From assembly GCA_963720755.1 (NCBI GenBank), contig CAVRGP010000015.1:32001-96000 (forward strand): a DNA stretch of 64,000 nucleotides. Reading direction: 5' to 3'. The notes beneath the pieces were generated by a model. It saw only the letters and a program-made list of their open reading frames with translations, did not search any database and was not told the origin of the DNA. Below are positions 40,901 through 49,869 of this stretch, piece after piece. This stretch comes from an uncultured Chloroflexia bacterium. Lineage in GTDB: Bacteria > Chloroflexota > Limnocylindria > Limnocylindrales > CSP1-4. Each line of letters starts with the position of its first letter. Positions within the stretch are counted from its first letter, which is position 1. Position numbers and translations under genes: made by a program.

Positions 40901-41399
40901 GGTCCTCCAGGAGCGCGGCATACACGCACATCTGGAGGATGGCTCCAGCCTTGACCGAGCGGGCGAGCTTGGTGTCCGCGATGTCGTAGCTCCAGTCGCC
41001 CAGCGCAGGACTCGGCCGGTCCTCCCGCTTGAACAGGAAGTCCGCGTGCCCGCGCCAGCGTCCATCGAAGAATGTGGCCTGGAAGATGACGTCGGCGCCG
41101 GCCCGCATCGCCTCGTACGTCGTTGCCTGGGCGGTTCGCAAGTCGGCGGGCGTCCGGAGATCCTGCTTGGCGATCTCGACGACGGCCAGGCCCTGTGCGC
41201 GCAGCGTGGCCAGGTAGTCGGCCTCGTGCAGGTCGCCCTTCTGCTGGATCAACTCGATGGTCGGGTCGTCCCGCCGGATCGGCTTGTCCCAGCGCCCCAG
41301 CACGCGCCCGAGTTCCAGGGTCGCCAGGTGATCGCAGGCCAGGAAGCCGACGAGGTCCGTGGCGCTGACGATCACGGTCCCGTCGTCGGCGTGCTGCAC
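37913..41399 (-). CDS. TM0106 family RecB-like nuclease / RNase H-like / SF1 helicase; frameshift near 38458
   Basis: SATDL..FLAC, ADFL...DTKLA, CRVC...C, FFDIE, YSLKQIE, YNRDDC, GPPGTGKT, DEASQ and GDPNQL motifs; after the shift, APYNAQ, GTVDKFQGRE and NRLDVAISRA. Confidence 0.9.
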
Positions 41400-41436
41400 G
41401 CTCGAACCGTACCAGCCGAGGGCGACAGCTAGGCTG

Positions 41437-41988
41437 TCAGTCGACGGTCGTGGGAGTCGGATCGTCCCGGAGGCGCGAGTAGACGACCAGGTCGTGATGG
41501 GCGCCGGCCCGGAACTGGACCTTCCTGAGGACACCGTCGCGGGTGAGGCCGGCCTTCTCGAGCGATCGCTGTTCCGCGATGTTCTCGACATCGGTCGAGG
41601 CCTCGACCCGATAGGTCGAGGTGGTCTCGAAGAGGAGGTCGACCAGGAGAGCCTGAGCCTCGGTCCCGTAGCCCTGGCCGCGTGCCTCCGGAAGCAGCTC
41701 GATACCGAAGTTCAAGACGCCGGACTCCGGGTTCGGGCCGTACCGCTCGACATGCCAGCTGACGGTGCCGATCGGGCGCCCATCGGCGACGACCTCGACG
41801 ATGAGCAGGCCGTTGCGTTCGTTCCTGAGCGGGCCCTTGGCGATGGCTTCGCGGTTGATGGGGTCGTGCAGCATCCCGAAGTCGTTGAATCCGCCGCGCT
41901 CACTGGCCCAGGTGTCGATCATGTCCGCATCGGCCAGCGTGACGTCACGCAGGCGGACTCGGGGAGGGTCGGCGGTCGGTCGTGGCAT
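41437..41988 (-). CDS. GNAT family N-acetyltransferase (RimJ/RimL-like)
   Basis: RGQGYGTEA, ENIAEQRSLEKAG and GVLR motifs. Confidence 0.88.
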   Translation of the reverse strand: MPRPTADPPRVRLRDVTLADADMIDTWASERGGFNDFGMLHDPINREAIAKGPLRNERNGLLIVEVVADGRPIGTVSWHVERYGPNPESGVLNFGIELLPEARGQGYGTEAQALLVDLLFETTSTYRVEASTDVENIAEQRSLEKAGLTRDGVLRKVQFRAGAHHDLVVYSRLRDDPTPTTVD

Positions 41989-42046
41989 GCATCGGGAGTA
42001 TGCCGGAAGGCGGACCGTCGAGGCGCGACGCGGTACGATCGCGCGC

Positions 42047-42505
42047 ATGAGTCCACAGCGCAAGGACGCCGAAGGGCGGCCGCAGACTGCGCATTCCTGG
42101 GAGAGCCTCGTCGAGCGCCAGATCCGCGAGGCGATGGATGGAGGCGCGTTCGAGGGGCTGCCGTACCAGGGCGAGCGGCTGCCGATCGAGGACGACAGCG
42201 CGGCCGGGGAATGGGCCATGGCGCATCACATGCTCAAGAGCGTCGGCGCGGTGCCGCCCTGGATCGAATCGGACAAGGAAGCGCGCCGGCTGCTGGCAGC
42301 GATCGAGCTGACGATCGAGCGCGCCCCCCGCGTCTCGGCCCTCTCCCGAGCCAGGGTCCGGCGCGACTTCGAGACGGCCGTCCACGACGCCAACCGGGCC
42401 ATCGAGCGCGTCAACGCGGAAGCCCCGACCGACCGTCAGCACCGGCGACCCCTCGATCTGGCCGCCCAGGTCGAGCGTCTTGAGCGAGCGTTCGACTCAG
42501 CCTGA
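42047..42505 (+). CDS. DUF1992 (DnaJ-related) domain protein
   Basis: ESLVERQIREAMDGGAFEGLPYQGERL...VPPWIE; TACGAT 7 nt before ATG. Confidence 0.85.
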   Translation: MSPQRKDAEGRPQTAHSWESLVERQIREAMDGGAFEGLPYQGERLPIEDDSAAGEWAMAHHMLKSVGAVPPWIESDKEARRLLAAIELTIERAPRVSALSRARVRRDFETAVHDANRAIERVNAEAPTDRQHRRPLDLAAQVERLERAFDSA

Positions 42506-42581
42506 GGGCACGGCCCGCCACAAACGGCCCACAACGTCGCTGGCGGTGCCGTGGCCCGGCCGTGCCGGCGCCTCCATCGCG

Positions 42582-43946
42582 CTAGCCGAACAGCGCCTCG
42601 ACGGCCGCGCCGAAGATCTCGGTATGAAGATCGACGTCGCGCTCGGTGGTCGCGGGCGACATCAGGGCCATGTTGTGGAACGGCGTCATCAGGACGCCCC
42701 GGTTCATCGCCCAGAGGTGGAGGAAGCGCTCGAGGAGGTCGTCCATGCTGGCCCACTGCTGCGCCCCGGTGCGCGGCGGGTCCGGCATGAAGTGGTACTC
42801 GGCGCGGGCACCCAGGCGCGTGACGTGCCAGGGCACCGCCCACGCCGCGATTGCCGCGTTCACGCCCGCCTCCCATCGTTCCGCCAGGGGGATCATCCGA
42901 TCGAAGGCGTCACTGGTGAGGACCTCGCCGAGCGTCGCCCGGGTCGCGGCCAGTGACAGGGCGTAGCCGGCCAACGTCCCGCCGACACCGCCGATATCGG
43001 AATCCTCGACCGCGGTCGATCCGGCGATCCGGGTGGCGACCGCCGGACTGAACCCGTACGCGGCCGAGGGGATCCCGCCCCCGATGGTCTTGCCGATGAC
43101 CACGATGTCGGGCTCCAGGTCCCAGGCCTTCGTCGCTCCGCCCGGTCCGGCGCAGATCGTATGGGTCTCGTCGATGATCAGGAGCGTTCCGGTCGAACGG
43201 GTGATCGCCCGAACGGCCGCCAGGTAGCCGGGCTCGGGCAGGACGATCCCGACGTTGGTCAGGGCGGGCTCGATGAGGAGGGCGGCGACCTGGCGATCCG
43301 CCAGGGCGGCCTCCAGGCCCGGGAGGTCGTTGAACTCGACGACCCGGGTGGTCCTGGCCACATCGACCTGCGGTCCGACGGTCGTCTCGATCGGGACGAC
43401 CGCACCGTTCGCCCCGAGCATCGCGATGGCTTCGTCGACGGAACCGTGGTAGCAGTGATCGTGGACCGCGACCAGCGGCCGGCCGGTCACGTGGCGCGCG
43501 ATCCGGAGGACCCACCGGTTGGCGTCCGTGGCCGACAGGGCGAACTGCCACGACCCGACCCCGAACCGTCGGGTCAGTTCCTCACCGACCCAGGCCGCGT
43601 CCTCGGTCGGCAGCATGTGGGTGATCCCCCGACGCATCTGTCGCTCGACGGCGGCGATGGTTGGCGCCGGTCCGTGCCCGGCCATCGCGCCGGTATCGCC
43701 GAGGCAGAAGTCGATGTAGTCATGACCGTCGACGCAGCGGATCCGGGCCCCGGTGGCGGTTTCGACGTAGGGCGGGAATGGGCTGGCCCATTTCACCATC
43801 CAGGGCATCGGAACGCCGGCGAGCAGGGACGTCTCCGCCCGCGCATGGAGCGCGGCCGACCGCGGGTGGGCGGTCGTGAACGTGGCCTGCTCTTCCTGCA
43901 TCAGGTGTGCCAGTCGATCGCGATCGAGCCGAGCGGATGCCGTCAC
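42582..43946 (-). CDS. Class III aminotransferase (glutamate-1-semialdehyde aminomutase-like)
   Basis: YIDFCLGDTG, YHG, EPALTN, IDETHT and PLP lysine VIGKTIGGG; SD GGGGGA before GTG 43946. Confidence 0.88.
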   Translation of the reverse strand: MTASARLDRDRLAHLMQEEQATFTTAHPRSAALHARAETSLLAGVPMPWMVKWASPFPPYVETATGARIRCVDGHDYIDFCLGDTGAMAGHGPAPTIAAVERQMRRGITHMLPTEDAAWVGEELTRRFGVGSWQFALSATDANRWVLRIARHVTGRPLVAVHDHCYHGSVDEAIAMLGANGAVVPIETTVGPQVDVARTTRVVEFNDLPGLEAALADRQVAALLIEPALTNVGIVLPEPGYLAAVRAITRSTGTLLIIDETHTICAGPGGATKAWDLEPDIVVIGKTIGGGIPSAAYGFSPAVATRIAGSTAVEDSDIGGVGGTLAGYALSLAATRATLGEVLTSDAFDRMIPLAERWEAGVNAAIAAWAVPWHVTRLGARAEYHFMPDPPRTGAQQWASMDDLLERFLHLWAMNRGVLMTPFHNMALMSPATTERDVDLHTEIFGAAVEALFG

Positions 43947-44057
43947 GGTGTCCCCCTGGTGGAGCGTGGGTGGTTGCTGCAGGATGGCGGCTCGCCGCAT
44001 GATCCGCTCGGCCATCTCGCCCGACGCGACGGGCCACGTCCCAGGTCACGGACACGG

Positions 44058-44138
44058 CAACGCCGGCCCGGGATGACCGGGGCCGGCGTTGCGCTGGGAG
44101 GGGAGGAACCGCGCTCCGGAGGAAGGAGCGCGGGTTTG
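44058..44138 (-). terminator. Two hairpins downstream of the DUF4397 gene
   Basis: CAACGCCGGCCC...GGGCCGGCGTTG and CCGCGCTCC...GGAGCGCGG. Confidence 0.5.
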
Positions 44139-44152
44139 CGATGCGCCGGGCG

Positions 44153-45001
44153 TTAGCGCCGAGCGCGGATCGTCACGAGGGTGAGACCGCCGACGAAGGC
44201 CGTGGCCGCGATGGCCATGAGCAGCAGGGCGGGGCTGGACGAGGCCGGGGCTGCGTCCGAGGTGCCGACGATGTCGGTCGGGGGCGCGGTGGCGACCGGC
44301 CCGGAGGCCGCGAGGAGCGCGTCAAGCGAGCCGATGGCCCAGACGCTGGTCGTGCTGTCCGCCGCGAGGTCGAGCGCCGGCGGGTCGATCGGGCAGACGC
44401 TGTGATCGGCGGCCGCGCAGACCTTGAGGTCGTACGTGCCCGGATCGAGCGACAGGTAGCCGGTCGCGTCCGGATAGGAAAGCCCGCCCACGACCGTCGC
44501 GCCGTCCTGGGTCAGGACGTCGACAGTGGGCGTGTCGGCGGAGAAGTGGACGACGCGAACCTGGGCCTTGCCGGCATCAGGAGCGGCCGGGTCGATGAGG
44601 AGCTGCGCCTCGATCGAGGCGACTTCGTTGGTGGCGGCGACGGTGTACTTGGTCTGATCCGCGAAGGCCAGGTCGGCATCGATCACACAGGTGGTCGTGC
44701 CGGCGACGCAGACCTTGATGTTGTAGGTCCCGGCGTCGACCGGGATGTAGTCCGAGATCGTTCCGAAGGCGACGCCGGTCAGGACGTCGGCGTCGTTGAC
44801 CTTGACGTCGACCGCGGGGGCATCCGGGGACGCATGAAGGACGCGCACCCAGGCCTTGCCGGCGGGCGGCGTATCGGTCGAATCGGCCGATGCGATGTAG
44901 GTCAGCGGTTCCGGGCTCGCGGCGGAGACGGGACCGACGACTGAGAGGGCGAGGGCGCCGGCGGCGACGAGGCCACCGAGGCGGGCGATGCGACGGTTCA
45001 T
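44153..45001 (-). CDS. Secreted DUF4397 domain protein with a C-terminal sorting-signal-like anchor
   Basis: Signal peptide; two repeats (VRVLHASPDAPAVDV, VRVVHFSADTPTVDV); APPTD + TM + RARR tail; SD AGGAG. Confidence 0.88.
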   Translation of the reverse strand: MNRRIARLGGLVAAGALALSVVGPVSAASPEPLTYIASADSTDTPPAGKAWVRVLHASPDAPAVDVKVNDADVLTGVAFGTISDYIPVDAGTYNIKVCVAGTTTCVIDADLAFADQTKYTVAATNEVASIEAQLLIDPAAPDAGKAQVRVVHFSADTPTVDVLTQDGATVVGGLSYPDATGYLSLDPGTYDLKVCAAADHSVCPIDPPALDLAADSTTSVWAIGSLDALLAASGPVATAPPTDIVGTSDAAPASSSPALLLMAIAATAFVGGLTLVTIRARR

Positions 45002-45123
45002 TGAGACGGGCTCTCCTCGAATAGGGTCCGTTGTCGGGACCTGGTTGGCTCGGGGTCACCCAACCATTCGGGAGGACTGGCGATCTGGATTGGTCCGCCG
45101 GCTTCCAGGGCCGGCCGTGTCGG

Positions 45124-45321
45124 TCAGTGGACGCGGCGAACGAACCCGCAGATGTGGCAGCTGGCCACGCCCGTGTCCGGATCCAGATCCAGCAGGCTGG
45201 CGCAGCCATTGGTGCCGCAGAAGAGGCGGCTGCCCGTGGTCGCGGCGTGGTTGCGGCGGCGCATCCGCCGGACGGCGGAGGCTCGTCCGGTGACGGACGA
45301 TGTGGTTGAACGAGTCATCAT
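45124..45321 (-). CDS. Small basic zinc-ribbon protein
   Basis: CGTNGC...CHICG motif in 65 aa with an R-rich N-half; weak SD. Confidence 0.55.
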   Translation of the reverse strand: MMTRSTTSSVTGRASAVRRMRRRNHAATTGSRLFCGTNGCASLLDLDPDTGVASCHICGFVRRVH

Positions 45322-45704
45322 GGTGTGTTGCTTCGTGCTTTCTGGCGCGCTGTCGTCGCGGGATTTGCGATCGGCTGCGCGGCCGGGATGCGTTCCACGG
45401 ACATCTGTCCGGAACGACGGTTCTGTGGTGTCTGCGCGATCGGCCCGGGAGCGTGGTTTGGGCGCTCGAACCTGGTCGTCGCGGCGGACGGGTACCCAGC
45501 TACTATCGTCGAGACCGGCCGATCCGTCAAACACCCGATGGTCCTGCGGCCCCGCGGATCGAGAATGTTGCGTTCTCTTCATCGAAGCTTGGTTGATTCA
45601 GCAACTCTCCGGGCTCACACTCCCTGCCGAACCGTGCACGCGCTTGCGCGTGCCCCGGCCGCGACGTTCCCCCAGACGTCGCTCTCGATCCGACAGTAGG
45701 AGGT

Positions 45705-46889
45705 GTGGCTGTGTCCGTGGCTTGGAAGGTGCGATCGGGGAGGGCGAGGGTCGTGCTCGCCGCGTCGATCCTGGCGCTCGCGTCGCTCAGTGGCGCGGCC
45801 CCCGTCGGTGCGGCTGCGGCGATCAGCCTGACCACGCCGTACCCGGCCGTGGCGGTCGCTCCCGGTTCGAGCCCGAGCTTCGACATCTCGGTCACCACCA
45901 GCCAGGCCGGCCGAGTCGATCTCGCCGTCGGCCAGGTGCCGACCGGATGGACGGCCGCCCTGCGCGGCGGCGGGTTCACGATCGACGGCGTCGAATCGAA
46001 CGGGAAGGATCCGACGAAGGTCACCCTCGCGGTCACGGTCCCTGTGGATGCGTCGGCCGGGACCCAGCGCATCGCGGTGCGCGGGACGACGAGTTCCGGC
46101 GCATCGACGACGTTGTCACTCGACATCCGGGTCGCGCCGAGCGCCGCCGGCAACGTGACCCTGACGACGGACACCCCGCAGCTCAAGGGGGCGTCGAACG
46201 CGAACTTCAGCTTCTCGCTGACCCTCACCAATGCCACCGCGGACGACCTGCCGTTCAGCGCCAACGCCACGGGGCCGGCCGGCTGGACGGTGACCGCCCA
46301 GATCGGCTCGCAGGCCCAGGCCGCGAGCGTCGTCGTCAAGGCCGGTGCGACGTCGCCGGTGACCGTGACCGCCAAGGCTCCGACCGATGCGGCGGCCGGT
46401 GACTATCCGATCTCCGTGGACGTGGCCAGCGGGAGCCAGTCCGCCCATGCCGACCTGGCGGTCACGATCACGGGGTCCTACACCCTGACGATGACGACCG
46501 TCGACCAACGGTTGAACATGACCGCGACCGCCGGCGGGACGAGTGACCTGACCCTGACCGTGTCGAACACCGGGACCGCCGATCTGGCCGCGGTCACGAT
46601 GAGCGCGAATGCGCCGACCGGATGGACGGTCACGTTCGATCCGTCGACACCGATCGCCGTACCCGCCAAGCAGCAGGTCAACGTCGTTGCCCACGTGGCG
46701 CCGTCGAGCGATGCGATCGCGGGGGACTACGTCACGACGTTCAAGGCGACCGCCCCCGAGGCCAACACCTCGTCCGACATCCGGGTGACGATCGAGACCT
46801 CCCTGTTCTGGGGAGCGGTCGGGATCGGTCTGATCGCGATCGTCCTGATCGGCCTGTGGTGGACGTTCCGCCGGTTCGGTCGCCGATGA
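45705..46889 (+). CDS. NEW3/NPCBM-associated Ig-like membrane-anchored protein (ABC-associated)
   Basis: SD AGGAGG; signal peptide; three PxGW Ig-like repeats; DAIAGDY; C-terminal TM + FRRFGRR. Confidence 0.85.
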   Translation: MAVSVAWKVRSGRARVVLAASILALASLSGAAPVGAAAAISLTTPYPAVAVAPGSSPSFDISVTTSQAGRVDLAVGQVPTGWTAALRGGGFTIDGVESNGKDPTKVTLAVTVPVDASAGTQRIAVRGTTSSGASTTLSLDIRVAPSAAGNVTLTTDTPQLKGASNANFSFSLTLTNATADDLPFSANATGPAGWTVTAQIGSQAQAASVVVKAGATSPVTVTAKAPTDAAAGDYPISVDVASGSQSAHADLAVTITGSYTLTMTTVDQRLNMTATAGGTSDLTLTVSNTGTADLAAVTMSANAPTGWTVTFDPSTPIAVPAKQQVNVVAHVAPSSDAIAGDYVTTFKATAPEANTSSDIRVTIETSLFWGAVGIGLIAIVLIGLWWTFRRFGRR

Positions 46890-47983
46890 GCGCGGTCGGC
46901 GCGGCAGCGCTGCCGACGAACGACGAACCGAAGGCGGACGCGGACGCCACCGGCCGGGAGCCGGTCATCCGTACCACCCGCCTGACCAAGCGATACGGCG
47001 ACCTGACGGCGGTCGACCACCTGGACCTCGAGGTCTATCCGGGTGAGATCTTCGGGCTGCTCGGCCAGAACGGGGCCGGCAAGACGACGACGATCCTGAT
47101 GCTCCTCGGCCTGTCGGAACCGACGTCCGGCGAGGCCCGGGTGATGGGATTGGACCCGGCCTGGGAACCGCGCGAGGTCAAGCGGCGGGTCGGCTACCTG
47201 CCGGACGCCGTCGGCTTCTACGAGGGGATGACCGGTCGCCAGAACCTGCGCTACACGGCGCGGCTGAACGGGATCCGTGGCAACGATGGGGAGTCGGCCA
47301 TCGACCGGGTCCTCGACCAGGTCGGGCTGACCAGTCGAGCCGACGACCTCGTCGGGACGTACTCCCGCGGGATGCGCCAGCGGCTGGGCATCGCCGACGC
47401 CCTGGTCAAGGGGCCGGACCTGCTCATCCTCGACGAGCCCACGACGTCGATCGACCCACTCGGCGTCGTCGAGATCCTCGACCTCCTTCGCCGCCTCGTC
47501 GATGAGCACGGCCTCGCGATCATGCTGTCGAGCCATCTGCTCAGCCAGGTCCAGTCGGTCTGCGACCGGATCGGCATCTTCGCGTCAGGCCGGCTGGTCG
47601 GTGTCGGCACGATGGAGGAGCTGGCGACGAGCTTCGGCGACGGGACGGCCGCCATCGAAGTCGGCCTGGAATTGCCGAAGGCGGATGTCTCGCGCGCCGA
47701 AACCACCCTCCGTGGCATCGCGTCGGTCGAGACCGTCGAACCGCCCGCGGCCGGACACGACGCCTGGCGACTCCATGTCCGGCCCGCCCGGGACGAGGGC
47801 CGCGTCCGTCAGGACGTTCTGGTGGCGGCCGTGGAACACGGGCTGCGGCTGACGGCGATCCGCCCGATCGTCCCGTCGCTCGACGACATCTACCGGATCG
47901 CGGTGGAGCGGCCGCTGCCGAAGCGGGCCGGGGTCAAGTCGAAGACGGCTCGCCGGGCCGGCGCCGGGAAACGACCGTCATGA
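46886..47983 (+). CDS. ABC transporter ATP-binding protein
   Basis: GQNGAGKTT, YSRGM, ILDEPT and SSH motifs; ATGA coupling. Confidence 0.92.
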   Translation: MSAVGAAALPTNDEPKADADATGREPVIRTTRLTKRYGDLTAVDHLDLEVYPGEIFGLLGQNGAGKTTTILMLLGLSEPTSGEARVMGLDPAWEPREVKRRVGYLPDAVGFYEGMTGRQNLRYTARLNGIRGNDGESAIDRVLDQVGLTSRADDLVGTYSRGMRQRLGIADALVKGPDLLILDEPTTSIDPLGVVEILDLLRRLVDEHGLAIMLSSHLLSQVQSVCDRIGIFASGRLVGVGTMEELATSFGDGTAAIEVGLELPKADVSRAETTLRGIASVETVEPPAAGHDAWRLHVRPARDEGRVRQDVLVAAVEHGLRLTAIRPIVPSLDDIYRIAVERPLPKRAGVKSKTARRAGAGKRPS

Positions 47984-48978
47984 CCGCCACCACGGCCCCA
48001 CGCAGCAGGGTCCCGCATGCCGGCTGGCGAGTCATCGCGGCCAAGGAATTCGGCGATCACCTGCTGAGCGTCCGGTTCATCGTCCTGATGGTCGTCCTCG
48101 GACTCGCCGGTGCGATCCCGCTGTACTTCGCGGCCGACCAGATCCGATCGCTGGCGCCTCAGGCCACCGGAGTCCCGGCGATCTTCCTGGCCCTGTTCAC
48201 GGTGGGATCGCCCGACGTCGGGATCCTCCGGGTCGACCGGTTCGTCGGGCTCCTGGCGCCGCTCCTCGGCCTCGCGTTCGCCTTCGATGCGGTCAACGGC
48301 GAGCGTTCCGAGGGGACGTTGCCGCGCCTGCTCGCCCAGCCGATCTACCGCGACGATGTGATCAACGGGAAGTTCGCGGCGGGGATGGCCGTCATCGGGC
48401 TCGTCCTGACGTCGATCGTCGTCTTGATCGCCGGCTTCGGGATCCTCCGCCTGGGCATCGTCCCGCACTCGGAGGAGGTCGTGCGGCTGGTCGCCTGGGT
48501 CCTTGCCACCTTCCTGTACGTGGGCCTGTGGCTCTCGTTCGGACTGCTGTTGTCGGTCCTCATCCGACGAGCCGCGACCGCGGCTCTCATCGGCTTCGGG
48601 GTGTGGTTCCTCGTCGCCGTCCTGGGCGATCTGATCACCACGATCGTCACCGGTCTCATCAAGCCGGCTGCTGGTGCGACGTTCGATGTGGTCGTCGGCA
48701 GCGCCCAGCTCCAGGAATTCGTCCGGCGGCTCATGCCCAGCGAGCTGTACTACGAGATCACGAAGGTCATCCTCGATCCGACGGTCAATGCCCGCGACGT
48801 CGTCATCCCTTCGACGATCGGGCAGTACACCCAGGCCCAACAGCAGGTATCCGCGCTCCTGTCGATCGATCAGAGCCTGCTGCTCGTCTGGCCGCAGATC
48901 GTCGCGCTGGTCGCCCTGACCGTGGTCTGTTTCGGGCTCGCCTACGTCGCGTTCATGCGCCAGGAGGTCCGCGCCTAG
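47980..48978 (+). CDS. ABC transporter permease (ABC2_membrane_2-like)
   Basis: KEFGDH, FDAVNGERSEGTLPRLLAQPIYRDDVINGKF and FMRQEVRA motifs. Confidence 0.9.
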   Translation: MTATTAPRSRVPHAGWRVIAAKEFGDHLLSVRFIVLMVVLGLAGAIPLYFAADQIRSLAPQATGVPAIFLALFTVGSPDVGILRVDRFVGLLAPLLGLAFAFDAVNGERSEGTLPRLLAQPIYRDDVINGKFAAGMAVIGLVLTSIVVLIAGFGILRLGIVPHSEEVVRLVAWVLATFLYVGLWLSFGLLLSVLIRRAATAALIGFGVWFLVAVLGDLITTIVTGLIKPAAGATFDVVVGSAQLQEFVRRLMPSELYYEITKVILDPTVNARDVVIPSTIGQYTQAQQQVSALLSIDQSLLLVWPQIVALVALTVVCFGLAYVAFMRQEVRA

Positions 48979-49017
48979 GATCCCGGATCGTTCGGGGCAC
49001 CGCGTAGACTCACGGCC

Positions 49018-49869
49018 ATGTCCACGATCCGGATCGCGGTCGCCTCCACGCCGTTGACGACGATCCTCGCCGATGCCGTCCCGGCGGCCGTCGCCGCGAT
49101 CGATGCGGCTGGGCGACTCGGCGCCCGGATCGTGTGTCTGCCTGAGGCCGGTCTCCCCGGTCACAGGATCCAGGCTCGACCCGTGCCGGACGTGTCGAGT
49201 GGTGCGCTCGACGAGGCACTCGGGGAGGTCGCGGCCGCCGTGGCCAGGGCGGGCATCGTCGCGATCGTCGGGACGGAGCGGATGACGCCGGCCGGCCGCT
49301 TGATCGTCTCGGTCGTCATCGGTGCGGATGGCGTCACGATCGGCGAACAGGCGAAGACCCAGATCGACCCGACCGAGGAGCCGGCCTACGTCCCCGGGTC
49401 GGGCCGGCGCGTGTTCACGGTCGAGGGCGTGTCGTTCGGGATCGCGATCTGCCACGAGGGGTTCCGCTACCCGGAGATCGCTCGCTCGCTCGTGCTGGGC
49501 GGCGCCCAGATCATCTTCGCTCCGCACTTCGTCACGACCGAGGACGGCTCGTTGCCGACGCACTGGTGCGACCCGTCGAACCCATACAACGAGAAGGCGC
49601 TGCTGTGTCGCGCCCTCGAGAACACGGTCTACGTGGCGGCGGCCGACATCGCCGGACCCGACCAGGGTTCGGGCACCGGGATCATCGCCCCGGACGGTCG
49701 ACTCGTGGCCAGTCTCCCGTACGGCGAGGTCGGGGTCGTCGCCGCCGACATCGATCTCGATCTGGCCGACAGATCGCTCGCCCTGCGCTGGGCGCCGGAG
49801 CGGAATCTGGGCGCGGGACCCCGTGATCAGGTCTCGGCGACGACGAGCGCCACGATCTCGTCGCCATAG
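49018..49869 (+). CDS. Carbon-nitrogen hydrolase (nitrilase superfamily)
   Basis: E-K-C triad: CLPE, QAKTQ, ICHEG; RALEN; TAGACT 7 nt before ATG. Confidence 0.9.
   Translation: MSTIRIAVASTPLTTILADAVPAAVAAIDAAGRLGARIVCLPEAGLPGHRIQARPVPDVSSGALDEALGEVAAAVARAGIVAIVGTERMTPAGRLIVSVVIGADGVTIGEQAKTQIDPTEEPAYVPGSGRRVFTVEGVSFGIAICHEGFRYPEIARSLVLGGAQIIFAPHFVTTEDGSLPTHWCDPSNPYNEKALLCRALENTVYVAAADIAGPDQGSGTGIIAPDGRLVASLPYGEVGVVAADIDLDLADRSLALRWAPERNLGAGPRDQVSATTSATISSP

Noticed and set aside
42582-43946. Calling the aminotransferase hemL
   Set aside because: It is GSAM-like but lacks the typical hemL motifs (e.g. NSPVRAF, SGTEATM) and has no hem gene context.
49827-49869. 43-bp convergent overlap of the nitrilase and uvrD2 as antisense regulation
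   Set aside because: Short 3' overlaps are common in GC-rich genomes, and one extra C in the CCCC run near 49820 would end the nitrilase before the overlap.
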